The notes beneath the pieces were generated by a model. It was given only the letters and a program-made list of their open reading frames with translations, was not told the DNA's origin and searched no databases. This document shows positions 39,306-49,450 of a stretch of 64,000 nucleotides of DNA, in pieces. Positions within the stretch are counted from its first letter, which is position 1. Each line of letters begins with the position of its first letter. Source of the DNA: an uncultured Planctomycetales bacterium (GTDB taxonomy: Bacteria > Omnitrophota > Gorgyraeia > Zapsychrales > JBDRMG01); the NCBI GenBank assembly GCA_964478715.1, contig CAYZIY010000003.1, positions 6,669 through 70,668 on the forward strand. Direction: 5' to 3'. A program made the translations under genes and the position numbers.

Positions 39306-41606
39306 ATGACACCTGCAGCTATATCTGACCAACGAGAGATTCTTGAGAATCTACCCGTTGGAGTTTTTCGTCAAACGCCTACTACTAAGGGGCGTTTTCT
39401 TTTTATCAATGACACATTAGCGCAAATGCTTGAAGGCCATCAATCTGAAATTGCAAAATATAAACCCGCTCAATTATTTTTGCAGAAACAAAAATATCAG
39501 CGACTGATCACCGCCGTTAAAAGCAAAGGTCTTATTAAAAATAAAGAAATGACACTCAAGACCTGCCAGGATAAAGAGATGGATTGCCGGATAACGGGAC
39601 AGGCGATCAAAGGCGTCCGGGGTAAAATCGAGGCGATTGATTTTGTGATCGAAAATATAACCGTTGTTAAGCGCGTCCAGAGAGATTTACTCGAATCAAG
39701 AGAACTCTTTAGAGTAGTTTTCGACAATTCAGCGATCGCCATAACGGTCGTCGATAAGAGCGAAAAGATTATCGCCTGGAATCCTTTTGCCGAAAAGCTG
39801 CTCAAAATGAACAAAGAGGATCTTTTTAATAAGAATGTTAAAGATTTTTACCCTCTTTCGGAATGGCGCCGTATTCGGTCTCAAAGAGTGCGGCAGAAAG
39901 GCGTCCTTGAAGATTTAGAAACAAAAGTGATTCTTAAAAACGGCAAGTTGATCGATGTGGCTCTTTCTATATCGGTCTTAAAAGATGCAGAAGGCAAAGT
40001 AATTGGGGCGATCGGCATTATGAGCGATATTACCAAAAGAAAGATCGCCGAGAAGAAGCTCAAAGACAGCGAGAACAAAATTCGAGTTATTCTCAATAAT
40101 TCAGCGGCGGCCATGACGCTTCTGGATGACAAAGAACGGTTGATTTCCTGGAATAAATACACAGAGCAGCTTTTGGGGATGACTCAGAAGGAATTGTATT
40201 TAAAGCCGGTGAGCAGAATTTATCCTAAAGATGAGTGGGAGAAGATTCGCTCCTTCAATATAAGGGAATCAGGTTCCAAGCATCATATTGAGACGAGAAT
40301 CATCAGGAAAGACAACGCGATTATCGATGTCGATCTCTCCGTGAATGTGCTTAAAGACAGTGAAAGCAGGATTATTGGTTCTGTGGGTATCATGCAGGAT
40401 ATTTCGGAAAGAAAAAAAGTTGAGCAAGAATTGATTCAGGCTAAAATTGTAGCCGAAGAAGCTAATCAAGCCAAGAGCCTTTTTTTGGCCAATGTTTCTC
40501 ATGAGGTTCGCACACCCATGAATGCTATTTTGGGTATGGTTGACATGACATTAGATACGCAATTAACAAGCGAACAGAAAGAGAATTTGCAGACGGTTAA
40601 GGATGCGGCGGATAATCTTTTGGGATTAATCAATGATATCTTGGATTTATCCCGAATTGAGGCTGGTAAGACCAGGTTGGAGATTATTCCTTTCGAGATC
40701 GAAGAGGTCGTTAAAAGTGTATGTCGGGGTCTGCATGTTTTAGCCCGCAATAAAAATCTGGAGCTTGTTTGGGAGATTGATCCCGAAATTCCTCACACTA
40801 TTTTGGGAGATCCAACCCGAATCCGTCAGATCATCATTAATTTGGTCAATAATGCGATCAAGTTTACCAGTAAGGGCCAGATTCAGGTTCGTGTGGAATG
40901 GGAAAGAAATATAGAGAAACAATGCTGCCTGAATTTTTCAGTAAAAGATCAGGGTATCGGGATCCCTGCGGATAAATGTGCCGAAATATTTGACGCTTTT
41001 GTACAGGCCGATGATTCGATCACCAGGCGTTATGGCGGGACCGGTTTGGGTTTGGCCATCTCAAAAAGACTGGTAGAAATGATGGGAGGAACTATTTGGG
41101 TCGAGAGCCGGGAATCTCAAGGTAGCACATTTTCTTTTACCGCCTATTTCGATATTGTCGATAAGCCCGATCAGGCTTTGCCAAAAAGGAAGACGACCTT
41201 GATTATTCCTGAGGCCGATGATGATCTTACGGCTCTTAAAGTCCTTTTGGCTGAAGATAATCTTGTGAATCAAAAAATCATATCCAAGATGTTGGGCAAG
41301 CGTGGTTGGGATGTGATCCAGGTAGAAAACGGCCAAGAGGTTTTGGGGATTATTTCCAAAGAGGACGTGGATCTGATTCTTATGGATGTCCAGATGCCGG
41401 TCATGGACGGGCTGGAGGCGACACGCTTGATCAGGCAAGGCGAAAAGCAAACTGGGAAACATATCGCGATTGTGGCTCTGACCGCCCGGGCGATGGATGA
41501 AGATAAAAAGAAATGTCTTGATATCGGAATGGATGGCTATGTCTCTAAGCCGGTGGATCGAATGAAACTATTTGAAACCATTAAACAGGTGTTAAAGAAA
41601 GGATGA
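39306..41606 (+). CDS. Cytoplasmic PAS-PAS-PAS hybrid histidine kinase with receiver domain
   Basis: DITKRK/DISERK PAS ends, FLANVSHEVRTPMN, GGTGLGLAI, LLAEDN, LMDVQMPVMDG; no TM segment. Confidence 0.92.
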   Translation: MTPAAISDQREILENLPVGVFRQTPTTKGRFLFINDTLAQMLEGHQSEIAKYKPAQLFLQKQKYQRLITAVKSKGLIKNKEMTLKTCQDKEMDCRITGQAIKGVRGKIEAIDFVIENITVVKRVQRDLLESRELFRVVFDNSAIAITVVDKSEKIIAWNPFAEKLLKMNKEDLFNKNVKDFYPLSEWRRIRSQRVRQKGVLEDLETKVILKNGKLIDVALSISVLKDAEGKVIGAIGIMSDITKRKIAEKKLKDSENKIRVILNNSAAAMTLLDDKERLISWNKYTEQLLGMTQKELYLKPVSRIYPKDEWEKIRSFNIRESGSKHHIETRIIRKDNAIIDVDLSVNVLKDSESRIIGSVGIMQDISERKKVEQELIQAKIVAEEANQAKSLFLANVSHEVRTPMNAILGMVDMTLDTQLTSEQKENLQTVKDAADNLLGLINDILDLSRIEAGKTRLEIIPFEIEEVVKSVCRGLHVLARNKNLELVWEIDPEIPHTILGDPTRIRQIIINLVNNAIKFTSKGQIQVRVEWERNIEKQCCLNFSVKDQGIGIPADKCAEIFDAFVQADDSITRRYGGTGLGLAISKRLVEMMGGTIWVESRESQGSTFSFTAYFDIVDKPDQALPKRKTTLIIPEADDDLTALKVLLAEDNLVNQKIISKMLGKRGWDVIQVENGQEVLGIISKEDVDLILMDVQMPVMDGLEATRLIRQGEKQTGKHIAIVALTARAMDEDKKKCLDIGMDGYVSKPVDRMKLFETIKQVLKKG

Positions 41607-41610
41607 ACAG

Positions 41611-41955
41611 ATGCCGGATATTATTGATCTGAATGAGGTCATGGATCGGGTGGAAGGAGATAAGGACTTATTGATCGAGCTGATCGAGATATTTTTAAGC
41701 GATTATCCGATTCGGATGGACAACCTGAGGAAGGCTGAGCAAGAGAATAATATTGACGAAATCAAAAATGTCGCCCACTCTCTGAAAGGGGCTTCGGCCA
41801 ATATTTCCGCCAAGCCTATTTCGCAAATATTTTTGGAAATCGAGACCAAGGCCAAAGAGGGCCAGTCGATAGACATGATGTCCTGTGATCAGAGGCTGGA
41901 ATCATTGATGAATGAGCTTAAGGCCTATTTGGAAAATTTGAAAAACCAGAGCTAA
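41611..41955 (+). CDS. Hpt phosphotransfer protein
   Basis: AHSLKGASANI. Confidence 0.92.
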   Translation: MPDIIDLNEVMDRVEGDKDLLIELIEIFLSDYPIRMDNLRKAEQENNIDEIKNVAHSLKGASANISAKPISQIFLEIETKAKEGQSIDMMSCDQRLESLMNELKAYLENLKNQS

Positions 41956-42013
41956 TCCTTCAAGCTTAAATTAGACGGTTTATTTGAAGCATCTCCTCAT
42001 CGATTAACTTTCC

Positions 42014-44023
42014 ATGAATATTTCCAGAATAAAAATGATTCGTTTTCTTCTTCTGTTGGGTATTTTGGGGCTGCTCCTTTACAGTATGAGCATGCAGGCG
42101 GGATTCCAGTATGACGATTACAAGATGCTTGTCAACAATCCCTTTCTCAGGCAGACGAAAGATATCTTTTTAATTTGGAAATTTGATCCCACCCGTTTTC
42201 TGGCACATTACTCTTTTGCTTTCAACAGTACTTTAGCAAAAGATGATCTTTTCAGTTATCATTTGATCAATGTTCTATTACATATAGCTACAACATGGGC
42301 GTCGTTTTTTTTCTTAAGACAACTCTTTTCATTTTGCCAAGAAGATCAACATAAAGGAAATAAAAGCCTCTGGATCATATTTTTCTCTTGCTGTCTTTTT
42401 TTATGTCACCCTTTGCAAACGGAGGCAGTGACTTACATTGTCCAAAGATCGACGGTGCTGGTGGCCCTGTTCGTTTTCCTTTCACTGACAAACTATCTTC
42501 TTTATCGACAGCTTCGTAGAAAATTCCATTATGTTTTAAGTCTTTTTTTTGCATTCTTGGGGACGATGGCTAAGCCGAACATTATTATTCTTCCGATTTT
42601 GATCCTCCTTATTGAAAGCATGGCTTCCTCTCAAAAAAGGCGAGACGTTAAAGAAACACTGCGCGAGGTTTTACCATATTTTTTGGTTATTATTTTGGTT
42701 GCGGGTTATATTCTCATTTGGCGCTATGGGTCTTTGCAGATCCAAGGGATCTTTGATGTGACCCGCGAAACGGATAAAATCGGCCGATTTGAATATTTTC
42801 TTACACAGCTGACCGTTGTCGTCCGCTATATTGGCCTTATGTTTTTGCCCATCAGTCAAAATCTCGATTACGATATTGCCATCATGAGAAATCCTTTCGC
42901 TGTTGAAGTTTTCTTTAGTTTTATCATTTTGTCAGCGATTTTGATCTGGGCTTTACGGATGAAGAAGAACCAGCCGCTTATTTATTTTTCCTGCTTATGG
43001 TTTTTTATTACCTTGATTCCCGAATCAAGTATTTTTCCGTTATCGGATGTCATGTTTGAACATCGTCTGTATTTGCCGCTCTTTGGTTTTACGCTGCTTA
43101 TTTCTTATGCGATAATTCAATGCATTGACAAAAAGCGATTATTTATCATTGTCCTTAGTGTGATTGTTGCTTTTTTCTCTTTTTTGACGGTTAAGCGAAA
43201 TTTTCTTTGGGCTGATCAGAGGGCCTTGCTTGAAGATACACTTGAAAAATCTCCGCAGAAGGCCAGGCCCTACAATAATCTTGGTGATTATTATTTTCAG
43301 CGGGGACATTTTGAGATTGCCGAACAATTTATCAGAGACGGCATTTTAAAAGAGCCGGATGAGGCCGGTTTCTATTATAATTTGGGTGTTGTTTTACAGA
43401 ATCAGGGTCGTTGGCAAGAGGCCAAAGAATATTACCGCAAGGCCATTGATATGGACCCGTTTCGCATTACGCCTTATTGTTATTTAAATATGGGAAATTT
43501 GTTCTTGATTGAGAATAATCTCGACAAAGCCCAGCAATATTGGCAAAGTGCCGCTAATTTGTATCCGCGCTTCTTTGAGGCCTATATCAATCTGGGTAAT
43601 CTCTATGTTAAGAAGGAGAATTATGAGCAGGCCCTACAGATGTATCAAAAGGCTCTGGAAATATTTCCTGTCGAACTTGATGCGCTCAATGGACTGGCTT
43701 CGAGCTTGGTCTTGATGGAGGATTATAGGCAGGCGCATCTATGGTATGAAAAAATACTAGAAATGTATCCGGATAATATTATGGTCTATAATAACTTAGG
43801 GAATTTATATGTTCGCATGGGAGAACTAGAAAAAGCAGAGGAAGTTTTACTAAAAGCCATCAATCTAAAAGAAGACCACATTCCAAGTTATGAAAATTTG
43901 GCTAATGTTTATCGGGGTCTTAAAAAACCGGAAAAAGCCCGGCGGGCTTTAAAGCAGGCTGCGAGGATTTGCGAAGAAAACAATCGCCCAAAAGAGGTAG
44001 AGAGAATACGGAAAAGGCTGTAG
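42014..44023 (+). CDS. TMTC-like GT-C membrane glycosyltransferase with TPRs (paralog of 29050)
   Basis: FQYDD, HPLQTEAVTYIVQR, QNLDYD, FEHRLYLP, RNFLW, KSPQKARP, TPRs. Confidence 0.82.
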   Translation: MNISRIKMIRFLLLLGILGLLLYSMSMQAGFQYDDYKMLVNNPFLRQTKDIFLIWKFDPTRFLAHYSFAFNSTLAKDDLFSYHLINVLLHIATTWASFFFLRQLFSFCQEDQHKGNKSLWIIFFSCCLFLCHPLQTEAVTYIVQRSTVLVALFVFLSLTNYLLYRQLRRKFHYVLSLFFAFLGTMAKPNIIILPILILLIESMASSQKRRDVKETLREVLPYFLVIILVAGYILIWRYGSLQIQGIFDVTRETDKIGRFEYFLTQLTVVVRYIGLMFLPISQNLDYDIAIMRNPFAVEVFFSFIILSAILIWALRMKKNQPLIYFSCLWFFITLIPESSIFPLSDVMFEHRLYLPLFGFTLLISYAIIQCIDKKRLFIIVLSVIVAFFSFLTVKRNFLWADQRALLEDTLEKSPQKARPYNNLGDYYFQRGHFEIAEQFIRDGILKEPDEAGFYYNLGVVLQNQGRWQEAKEYYRKAIDMDPFRITPYCYLNMGNLFLIENNLDKAQQYWQSAANLYPRFFEAYINLGNLYVKKENYEQALQMYQKALEIFPVELDALNGLASSLVLMEDYRQAHLWYEKILEMYPDNIMVYNNLGNLYVRMGELEKAEEVLLKAINLKEDHIPSYENLANVYRGLKKPEKARRALKQAARICEENNRPKEVERIRKRL

Positions 44024-44033
44024 TTGTTTGCCA

Positions 44034-45044
44034 ATGGTTAAGAAAATACTTATCGGCTTATTTATTATTATCATCGCACTCTATATAGGAATCTCTTCGA
44101 TTCTTAATGGCAAGGATGCGACCGCGTTTTTGGTCAAGACACTTATCGAAAGGGCGAATCACAATATTGACATCAAGGACATTTCTATCGGAGAACAATC
44201 CTTTAATGGTTTTGCGGACGTCTCGGGTAAAGATTTCCAAATGTCATTTTCTTATCTGGATCAAAGAGTTCGCATTGGGATCAAGAAATTTGATGTTAAT
44301 AATATCTTTAATTTTGTGTTTGCTCAGGATTCTTTGAATGTGCTTTTGCGGGAAGCCGTTGTGCAGCATCCTTACGGAACGATGCAAAAAATCAATATCG
44401 ATTTGTTTTTTAGTCAAGGATCTCAGAATTTTCTTCAGGGTTTGCTTGGGGTCAAAAGAATGGAATTTTTTGGGCTTAAAGGGGAAAACCTTCAGGCAAC
44501 ATTTCAGATCAATCGACAGGGTTTAGCCAGCAGTCGTTTTTCGATTGATACTTATCGGGGATGGCTATCCGGTGACGCGTCGGCTCAATTGAGAGATCCG
44601 TTTGTTTATCAAGTCGATATGGATATAGGCCATGTCAATCTGAGGCTACTGGAAGATATCGATAGCTCTCTCAATAATTATATCAAAGGAGCTATCACGG
44701 GCTCTGTTTTTCTCAAGGCAGAAAATAATACCATTGACAATCTAATGCTCGACTTGCATACTGTTTCTGATGCTTCGATAAAAGCCGGATTGCTTGCTTT
44801 GTTGCTAGCGCAGATTCCCGATCAGTTAAAAAGTGAAGAATTAAAGATCTTGATTAGAAATAATGGAGATCTCCCTTTGGATCGGGCTAGCCTGGAACTT
44901 GAGAATTTCAGCGTAGATCAAGCTACATTGAGATTGGATTTATTGAGCAAAAAATATTATTTGAATTCCCAATTGACTATCGATTTACGCTTGGGGGATG
45001 AGTTTACTAATGCATTTCAATCACTGAGAGGGATTCTGCAGTAA
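44034..45044 (+). CDS. Short AsmA/YdbH-like beta-rich protein
   Basis: N-terminal TM, amphipathic beta strands; directly upstream of YnbE-like and YdbL-like genes. Confidence 0.55.
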   Translation: MVKKILIGLFIIIIALYIGISSILNGKDATAFLVKTLIERANHNIDIKDISIGEQSFNGFADVSGKDFQMSFSYLDQRVRIGIKKFDVNNIFNFVFAQDSLNVLLREAVVQHPYGTMQKINIDLFFSQGSQNFLQGLLGVKRMEFFGLKGENLQATFQINRQGLASSRFSIDTYRGWLSGDASAQLRDPFVYQVDMDIGHVNLRLLEDIDSSLNNYIKGAITGSVFLKAENNTIDNLMLDLHTVSDASIKAGLLALLLAQIPDQLKSEELKILIRNNGDLPLDRASLELENFSVDQATLRLDLLSKKYYLNSQLTIDLRLGDEFTNAFQSLRGILQ

Positions 45045-45058
45045 AAGGAGGTTTGGCG

Positions 45059-45298
45059 ATGTGTTCGAGTAGGCTATTAAAAAGAAGTTTTTGCACGATA
45101 TTTTTGTGCGTTATGTCAAGCGGATGCACAGTAAAGGCTGTTGGTGATCCGGAAAGACCCATTACGATTCGGGCGCATATCACTGTCGATATAAAAGAGC
45201 TAAAAAGTACGGCTACAGACATAGAAGATTTTGTCAGCGGAAAGAAAGATGAAAAGGCACTTCCCCTAGAAGAGAAAAAAGGAGGTCAAAATGAATAA
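45059..45298 (+). CDS. YnbE-like lipoprotein
   Basis: AGGAGG RBS; SSGC lipobox then TVKAVGDPERPITIRAHITVDI. Confidence 0.65.
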   Translation: MCSSRLLKRSFCTIFLCVMSSGCTVKAVGDPERPITIRAHITVDIKELKSTATDIEDFVSGKKDEKALPLEEKKGGQNE

Positions 45299-45704
45299 AA
45301 AAGGATTTGTTTTGATGATAATTGTTTTGATAAGCTGTGTGTCTTTGAGTATGCAGGCTTGGGGAAAGACCGACTATACGATCAAAGAAATGACTCCGGA
45401 GATTGAGCAGGCCCTGGAAAACAGAAGAGAGCGCTATGATAGCGTTCGCTCTTTGAAAAACCGTGGATTGATTGGAGAGAATAACCGCGGGTATCTGGAG
45501 ACTCTCTCCAATATCCAAGAAGGTCAGGCTGTTGTTGAGGATGAAAATCAAGATCGACGGACGATCTATCTAGCTATTGCCCGGCAAAATGCATTGGAAG
45601 GTTCTTTGAATATCATCGAAAATACTTTTGCTGAAGTCAAAAGAGATCAGGCCCAAGAAGGAGACTGGATTCAGGCCCCGGACGGTCAATGGATTAAAAA
45701 ATAG
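45291..45704 (+). CDS. YdbL/DUF1318 family protein
   Basis: Signal peptide; GLIGENNRGYL, ENQDRRTIY, GDWIQAPDGQWIKK. Confidence 0.85.
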   Translation: MNKKGFVLMIIVLISCVSLSMQAWGKTDYTIKEMTPEIEQALENRRERYDSVRSLKNRGLIGENNRGYLETLSNIQEGQAVVEDENQDRRTIYLAIARQNALEGSLNIIENTFAEVKRDQAQEGDWIQAPDGQWIKK

Positions 45705-45802
45705 TTTGATTGATGCCAGATATTCTTATTTTGAGTGAAAGGATTTTTTAGTGACTCATGTTAAAAAAATAAGCAATAATTAAATATCATTTTCAATGCC
45801 TT

Positions 45803-46486
45803 ATGCCTACTTTTAATCTTGTAGCTTCGATGTTTTCTTTTTTGATTGTCGGGATTATTGTTTTCTTGTTGTTTTGGCCCGAGGAATCGAGAAAAAAAAT
45901 AAAGAATACAGTTCAAAGAAAGAAAACGATTCAGCCTTTTGGCAAAGACTGGAAGAAGGTGGCCTTAAGACTGGAGCGTTATACCTATTCATTGAAGAAA
46001 CAGATTGAAATGGTTGAGAACGAAAACAAAAAGGTTTTGCGTGAGATAGCCGTCGAAAAATTAAGAAATCAGAAACTCAAGGACCGCCTCAAGCAGGAAA
46101 AACAATGGTTGACCAAGGATAAGGAGACATTGAACCGCCTTGGTCAGGAGATGCACCAGATGAAAGCAGATCTCCATAAGGCTCAGCAGGAGAGGGAGAA
46201 TGAGTTTGGTTACCGCTTAAAGCTGGAACGCCAGAACAAGGAAGGTCGGGATCAGTTGAAAAAGCTACAACTTGAAAACCGTCGTCTTGTGGTAAAAATG
46301 ATGAAAGAGGAAGCCCAGAACAAGGAGCGGGAACAGGAAGCGGTTGAGCTGAGACGGGTCAATCGAGAACTTGAAAAAGAAAGCGAGGAGGCGACCTTCG
46401 TAGCCAAAAGCGAATATGAAAATATGAAGAAACAATTAGAAGCCAAAGAGAAGGAGCTTGAGCGCATTCTTAGAGAGAAGAGATAG
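45803..46486 (+). CDS. Membrane-anchored coiled-coil hypothetical protein
   Basis: N-terminal TM then long E/K/R-rich heptads. Confidence 0.7.
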   Translation: MPTFNLVASMFSFLIVGIIVFLLFWPEESRKKIKNTVQRKKTIQPFGKDWKKVALRLERYTYSLKKQIEMVENENKKVLREIAVEKLRNQKLKDRLKQEKQWLTKDKETLNRLGQEMHQMKADLHKAQQERENEFGYRLKLERQNKEGRDQLKKLQLENRRLVVKMMKEEAQNKEREQEAVELRRVNRELEKESEEATFVAKSEYENMKKQLEAKEKELERILREKR

Positions 46487-46520
46487 TAGTTGGCATTACC
46501 AAAATTCAAGTCCGATTTGC

Positions 46521-47690
46521 ATGTTTTCCAACCGAACAAACTGGCCGCATAGTTCCAATCAACTGATCAGTCTTTTTGAGGATTACCAAAAGCAGGGCAT
46601 GGATATCGTCAATCTGACGGAATCCAATCCTTTGTGTTGCGAGTTTCGCCTGCCTTTTCAAGAGCTGTTGCGGTTTTTTGATAATCATAACAATTTTTCC
46701 TATTCTCCTGCTGCTCATGGTCAACTGAATGCCTGTCAGGCTGTTTGCAGGTATTATCAGAAAAAAGGAATCAAGATTAATCCGGAAAACATTTTTTTGA
46801 CGGCCAGCACATCCGAATCCTACGGAGCTCTTTTTCGCCTGTTGTGTAATCCCGGTGACCGAGCTTTGATCGCAAAACCGGGTTATCCACTTTTTGAATG
46901 CTTAAGTCGAATTCATGATGTTGGGCTGGATTATTACGGTCTTGAATTTAAAAATGCATGGCGGATTGATTTTTCAGAACTTGAGAATTCCATTGACGAT
47001 CGTTTAAAGATGCTGATTGTTGTTAATCCCAATAATCCAACGGGTTCTTTCTTAACGGCCTCAGAAGTTGTTCGGCTTTCAGAGATTGCCCGTTATAATA
47101 ATGTGGCCTTAATTTGCGATGAGGTTTTTCTAGACTATGCTTATGATGATAGTTTTCAAACTCTCAGCCTGGCTTCCAATGTCGAATGTCTCACATTTAC
47201 CTTAAGTGGTATATCGAAATGTTTAGCCATGCCGCAAATGAAATGTGGATGGATGATTCTCTCGGGTCCCAAAGAACGTGCTGCCGAGGCGAAGCGCCGG
47301 CTGGAGATCATTCTTGACAGTACCCTTTCGATAGGAACGCCGGTTCAAAATGCTTTGGACGGTTGGTTTGGATTCATGCAAGATATCCAAAAAGAAATCA
47401 GGACAAGGCTCAAAGATAATCTTGAATTTCTGAAGCAGTCTTTAGAGGGTTCCGGATGCCGGTCTTTAAACGGAAAAGGAGGTTGGTATGCGGTCATTCG
47501 TCTGCCGGATACGGTTGACGAAGATAAACTTTGCCTTAAATTGCTTACAGCAGACGGCGTGTTTATGTATCCCGGTTATTTCTTTGACTGCGAAGGGTTT
47601 CAAGCAGTTATTGTTAGTTTGTTGTGTCCTATCGCTAATTTTCAGCGGGGAATCAGGGCTTTGATTCACCAGGTCAATGGCCATCTTTAG
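46521..47690 (+). CDS. PLP-dependent aminotransferase class I/II
   Basis: NLTESNP, VNPNNPTG, DEVF, SGISKCLAMPQMK. Confidence 0.88.
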   Translation: MFSNRTNWPHSSNQLISLFEDYQKQGMDIVNLTESNPLCCEFRLPFQELLRFFDNHNNFSYSPAAHGQLNACQAVCRYYQKKGIKINPENIFLTASTSESYGALFRLLCNPGDRALIAKPGYPLFECLSRIHDVGLDYYGLEFKNAWRIDFSELENSIDDRLKMLIVVNPNNPTGSFLTASEVVRLSEIARYNNVALICDEVFLDYAYDDSFQTLSLASNVECLTFTLSGISKCLAMPQMKCGWMILSGPKERAAEAKRRLEIILDSTLSIGTPVQNALDGWFGFMQDIQKEIRTRLKDNLEFLKQSLEGSGCRSLNGKGGWYAVIRLPDTVDEDKLCLKLLTADGVFMYPGYFFDCEGFQAVIVSLLCPIANFQRGIRALIHQVNGHL

Positions 47691-47693
47691 GGC

Positions 47694-47722
47694 TTTAAAA
47701 AGATGACGGATTTTGGTATGAT
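47694..47722 (+). promoter_or_regulatory. Putative sigma70 promoter
   Basis: TTTAAA-17nt-TATGAT with extended TG. Confidence 0.4.
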
Positions 47723-47752
47723 GAGTTCACTAAAAATAAAGGAGTTTGCGTT

Positions 47753-48229
47753 ATGGGACAGAGACCCAGTTGGGATGAATATTTTCTAAAATTAGCCATG
47801 CTGGTCTCGGAGAGATCGACCTGCCCGCGGATGCATTGCGGATGTGTTTTAGTTAAGGGAAAGCATTTGATCGCTACCGGATATAACGGTTCCATACCCG
47901 GAGATGCCCATTGTAATGATACCGGGTGCATGATTGTGGATAATCACTGCGTGAGGACTGTTCATGCGGAGATGAATGCCTTGGTCCAGGCCGCAAAATA
48001 CGGAAACAGCGTCGATGGGGCAACGGCTTATGTGACCAATATGCCTTGTACGGCTTGTGCCAAGGCTATTATTTCCGCCGGTATTACGCGTGTTGTCATT
48101 TTCTCTGATTTCCATGATACATTAGCGACTGATTTTTTTAAAAAGGCCGGTATTCAGATAGATAAAGTGGCGATGCCAAAGACAGAGATCGATTATCATC
48201 TGGACCAATACTCGTCTGCTCGCCAGTAG
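47753..48229 (+). CDS. dCMP deaminase (ComEB-like)
   Basis: RPSWDEYF, RSTC, TGYNG, HAEMNA, PCTAC. Confidence 0.92.
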   Translation: MGQRPSWDEYFLKLAMLVSERSTCPRMHCGCVLVKGKHLIATGYNGSIPGDAHCNDTGCMIVDNHCVRTVHAEMNALVQAAKYGNSVDGATAYVTNMPCTACAKAIISAGITRVVIFSDFHDTLATDFFKKAGIQIDKVAMPKTEIDYHLDQYSSARQ

Positions 48230-48256
48230 AACTTAGGTTGTACTTCAAAGGATTTG

Positions 48257-49396
48257 ATGGATATTCAAACAAAAGCCGTTCACGGTTTTCAAAAGAAAGA
48301 TGCGGATTATCGACCGGTTGTCTCCCCGATTTATTCTAGCGCTTCTTTTTGTTTCGAAAGTATTCAAAAGAAACCGCTTTATGATTATTCCCGCTTAAAT
48401 AATCCGACGCGACAGGATCTGGAAGAAAATATAGCTGCCTTGGAAAGCGGTCACTGCGCTATTGCAACGGGCAGCGGTATGGCCGCTATTACAACTGTTC
48501 TTTTTCTCTGTCGGCCAAAAGATCATGTGATCGCCAATAGGGATCTTTACAGCGGAACGCGCTTTCTTTTTCAGGATGTTTTTACCAAGATGGGAATCGA
48601 ATATTCTTTTGTTGATTGTCGGGAAAGCGAGCAAGTCAAGCAGGCGATAAGACCGAATACAAAGATGATCTGGATGGAAACACCCTCCAATCCGCTTCTT
48701 CATGTCCTCGATATTCCTGAGACGGTTGCACTGGCCAAAGAAAATAACATCTTGACGGTTGTCGATAATACGTTTCTTTCTCCTTATTTTCAAAGGCCCT
48801 TTGAATTCGGAGCTGATCTGGTAGTTCATTCCAGCACCAAGTATTTAAATGGACACCAAGATATTATCGGTGGAGTTATTGTCTTGCGCGAAAAGCAATG
48901 GGAAAAATCCTTGAAATCATTAGCCGTTAATTTGGGGGTGACCCAGTCTCCTTATGAAGCCTGGCTGACGCATCGAGGACTAAAAACCTTGGGGCCGCGT
49001 ATGGAGATGCACCAGCGAAACGGTTTGCATATTTCTAACTTTCTTAAAAACCAACCTTTAGTAAAAAATATCCGTTATCCGGGATTGAATACGCATCCTC
49101 AGTTCGAATTGATTAAAAAGCAAATGAAAGGCTTCGGCGGAGTGATCACCTTTGATCTGGAGACGGAAAAACTTCCGCTGGAGAAGTTTTTCTCACGGTT
49201 AAAAATATTTAAACTGGCCGAATCTTTGGGGGGAGTCCAGTCTTTGATTGAAGCGCCTTATTATATGAGCCATTCCTGTCTCGGAGAAGAGCACTTGAAA
49301 AAGACGGAAATCAAGCCGCAAACAGTTAGAATTGCCGCTGGCATTGAGACACCCAAAGATTTGATAGAAGATTTAAAGAACGCCTTGGAAGTATAG
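48257..49396 (+). CDS. Cystathionine gamma-synthase/lyase family PLP enzyme
   Basis: YSRLNNPTR, SGMAAI, ETPSNP, VDNTF, HSSTKYLNGH, AESLGG. Confidence 0.92.
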   Translation: MDIQTKAVHGFQKKDADYRPVVSPIYSSASFCFESIQKKPLYDYSRLNNPTRQDLEENIAALESGHCAIATGSGMAAITTVLFLCRPKDHVIANRDLYSGTRFLFQDVFTKMGIEYSFVDCRESEQVKQAIRPNTKMIWMETPSNPLLHVLDIPETVALAKENNILTVVDNTFLSPYFQRPFEFGADLVVHSSTKYLNGHQDIIGGVIVLREKQWEKSLKSLAVNLGVTQSPYEAWLTHRGLKTLGPRMEMHQRNGLHISNFLKNQPLVKNIRYPGLNTHPQFELIKKQMKGFGGVITFDLETEKLPLEKFFSRLKIFKLAESLGGVQSLIEAPYYMSHSCLGEEHLKKTEIKPQTVRIAAGIETPKDLIEDLKNALEV

Positions 49397-49450
49397 AGTT
49401 AGCTTAATATTCATGAAGAGACAGGCGGGCCATTGGTGGTTTATAGCAAG

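Noticed and set aside
47753-48229. Deaminase as anti-phage dCTP-depletion system
   Set aside because: Short stand-alone ComEB-like enzyme without the fused kinase domain, in housekeeping context
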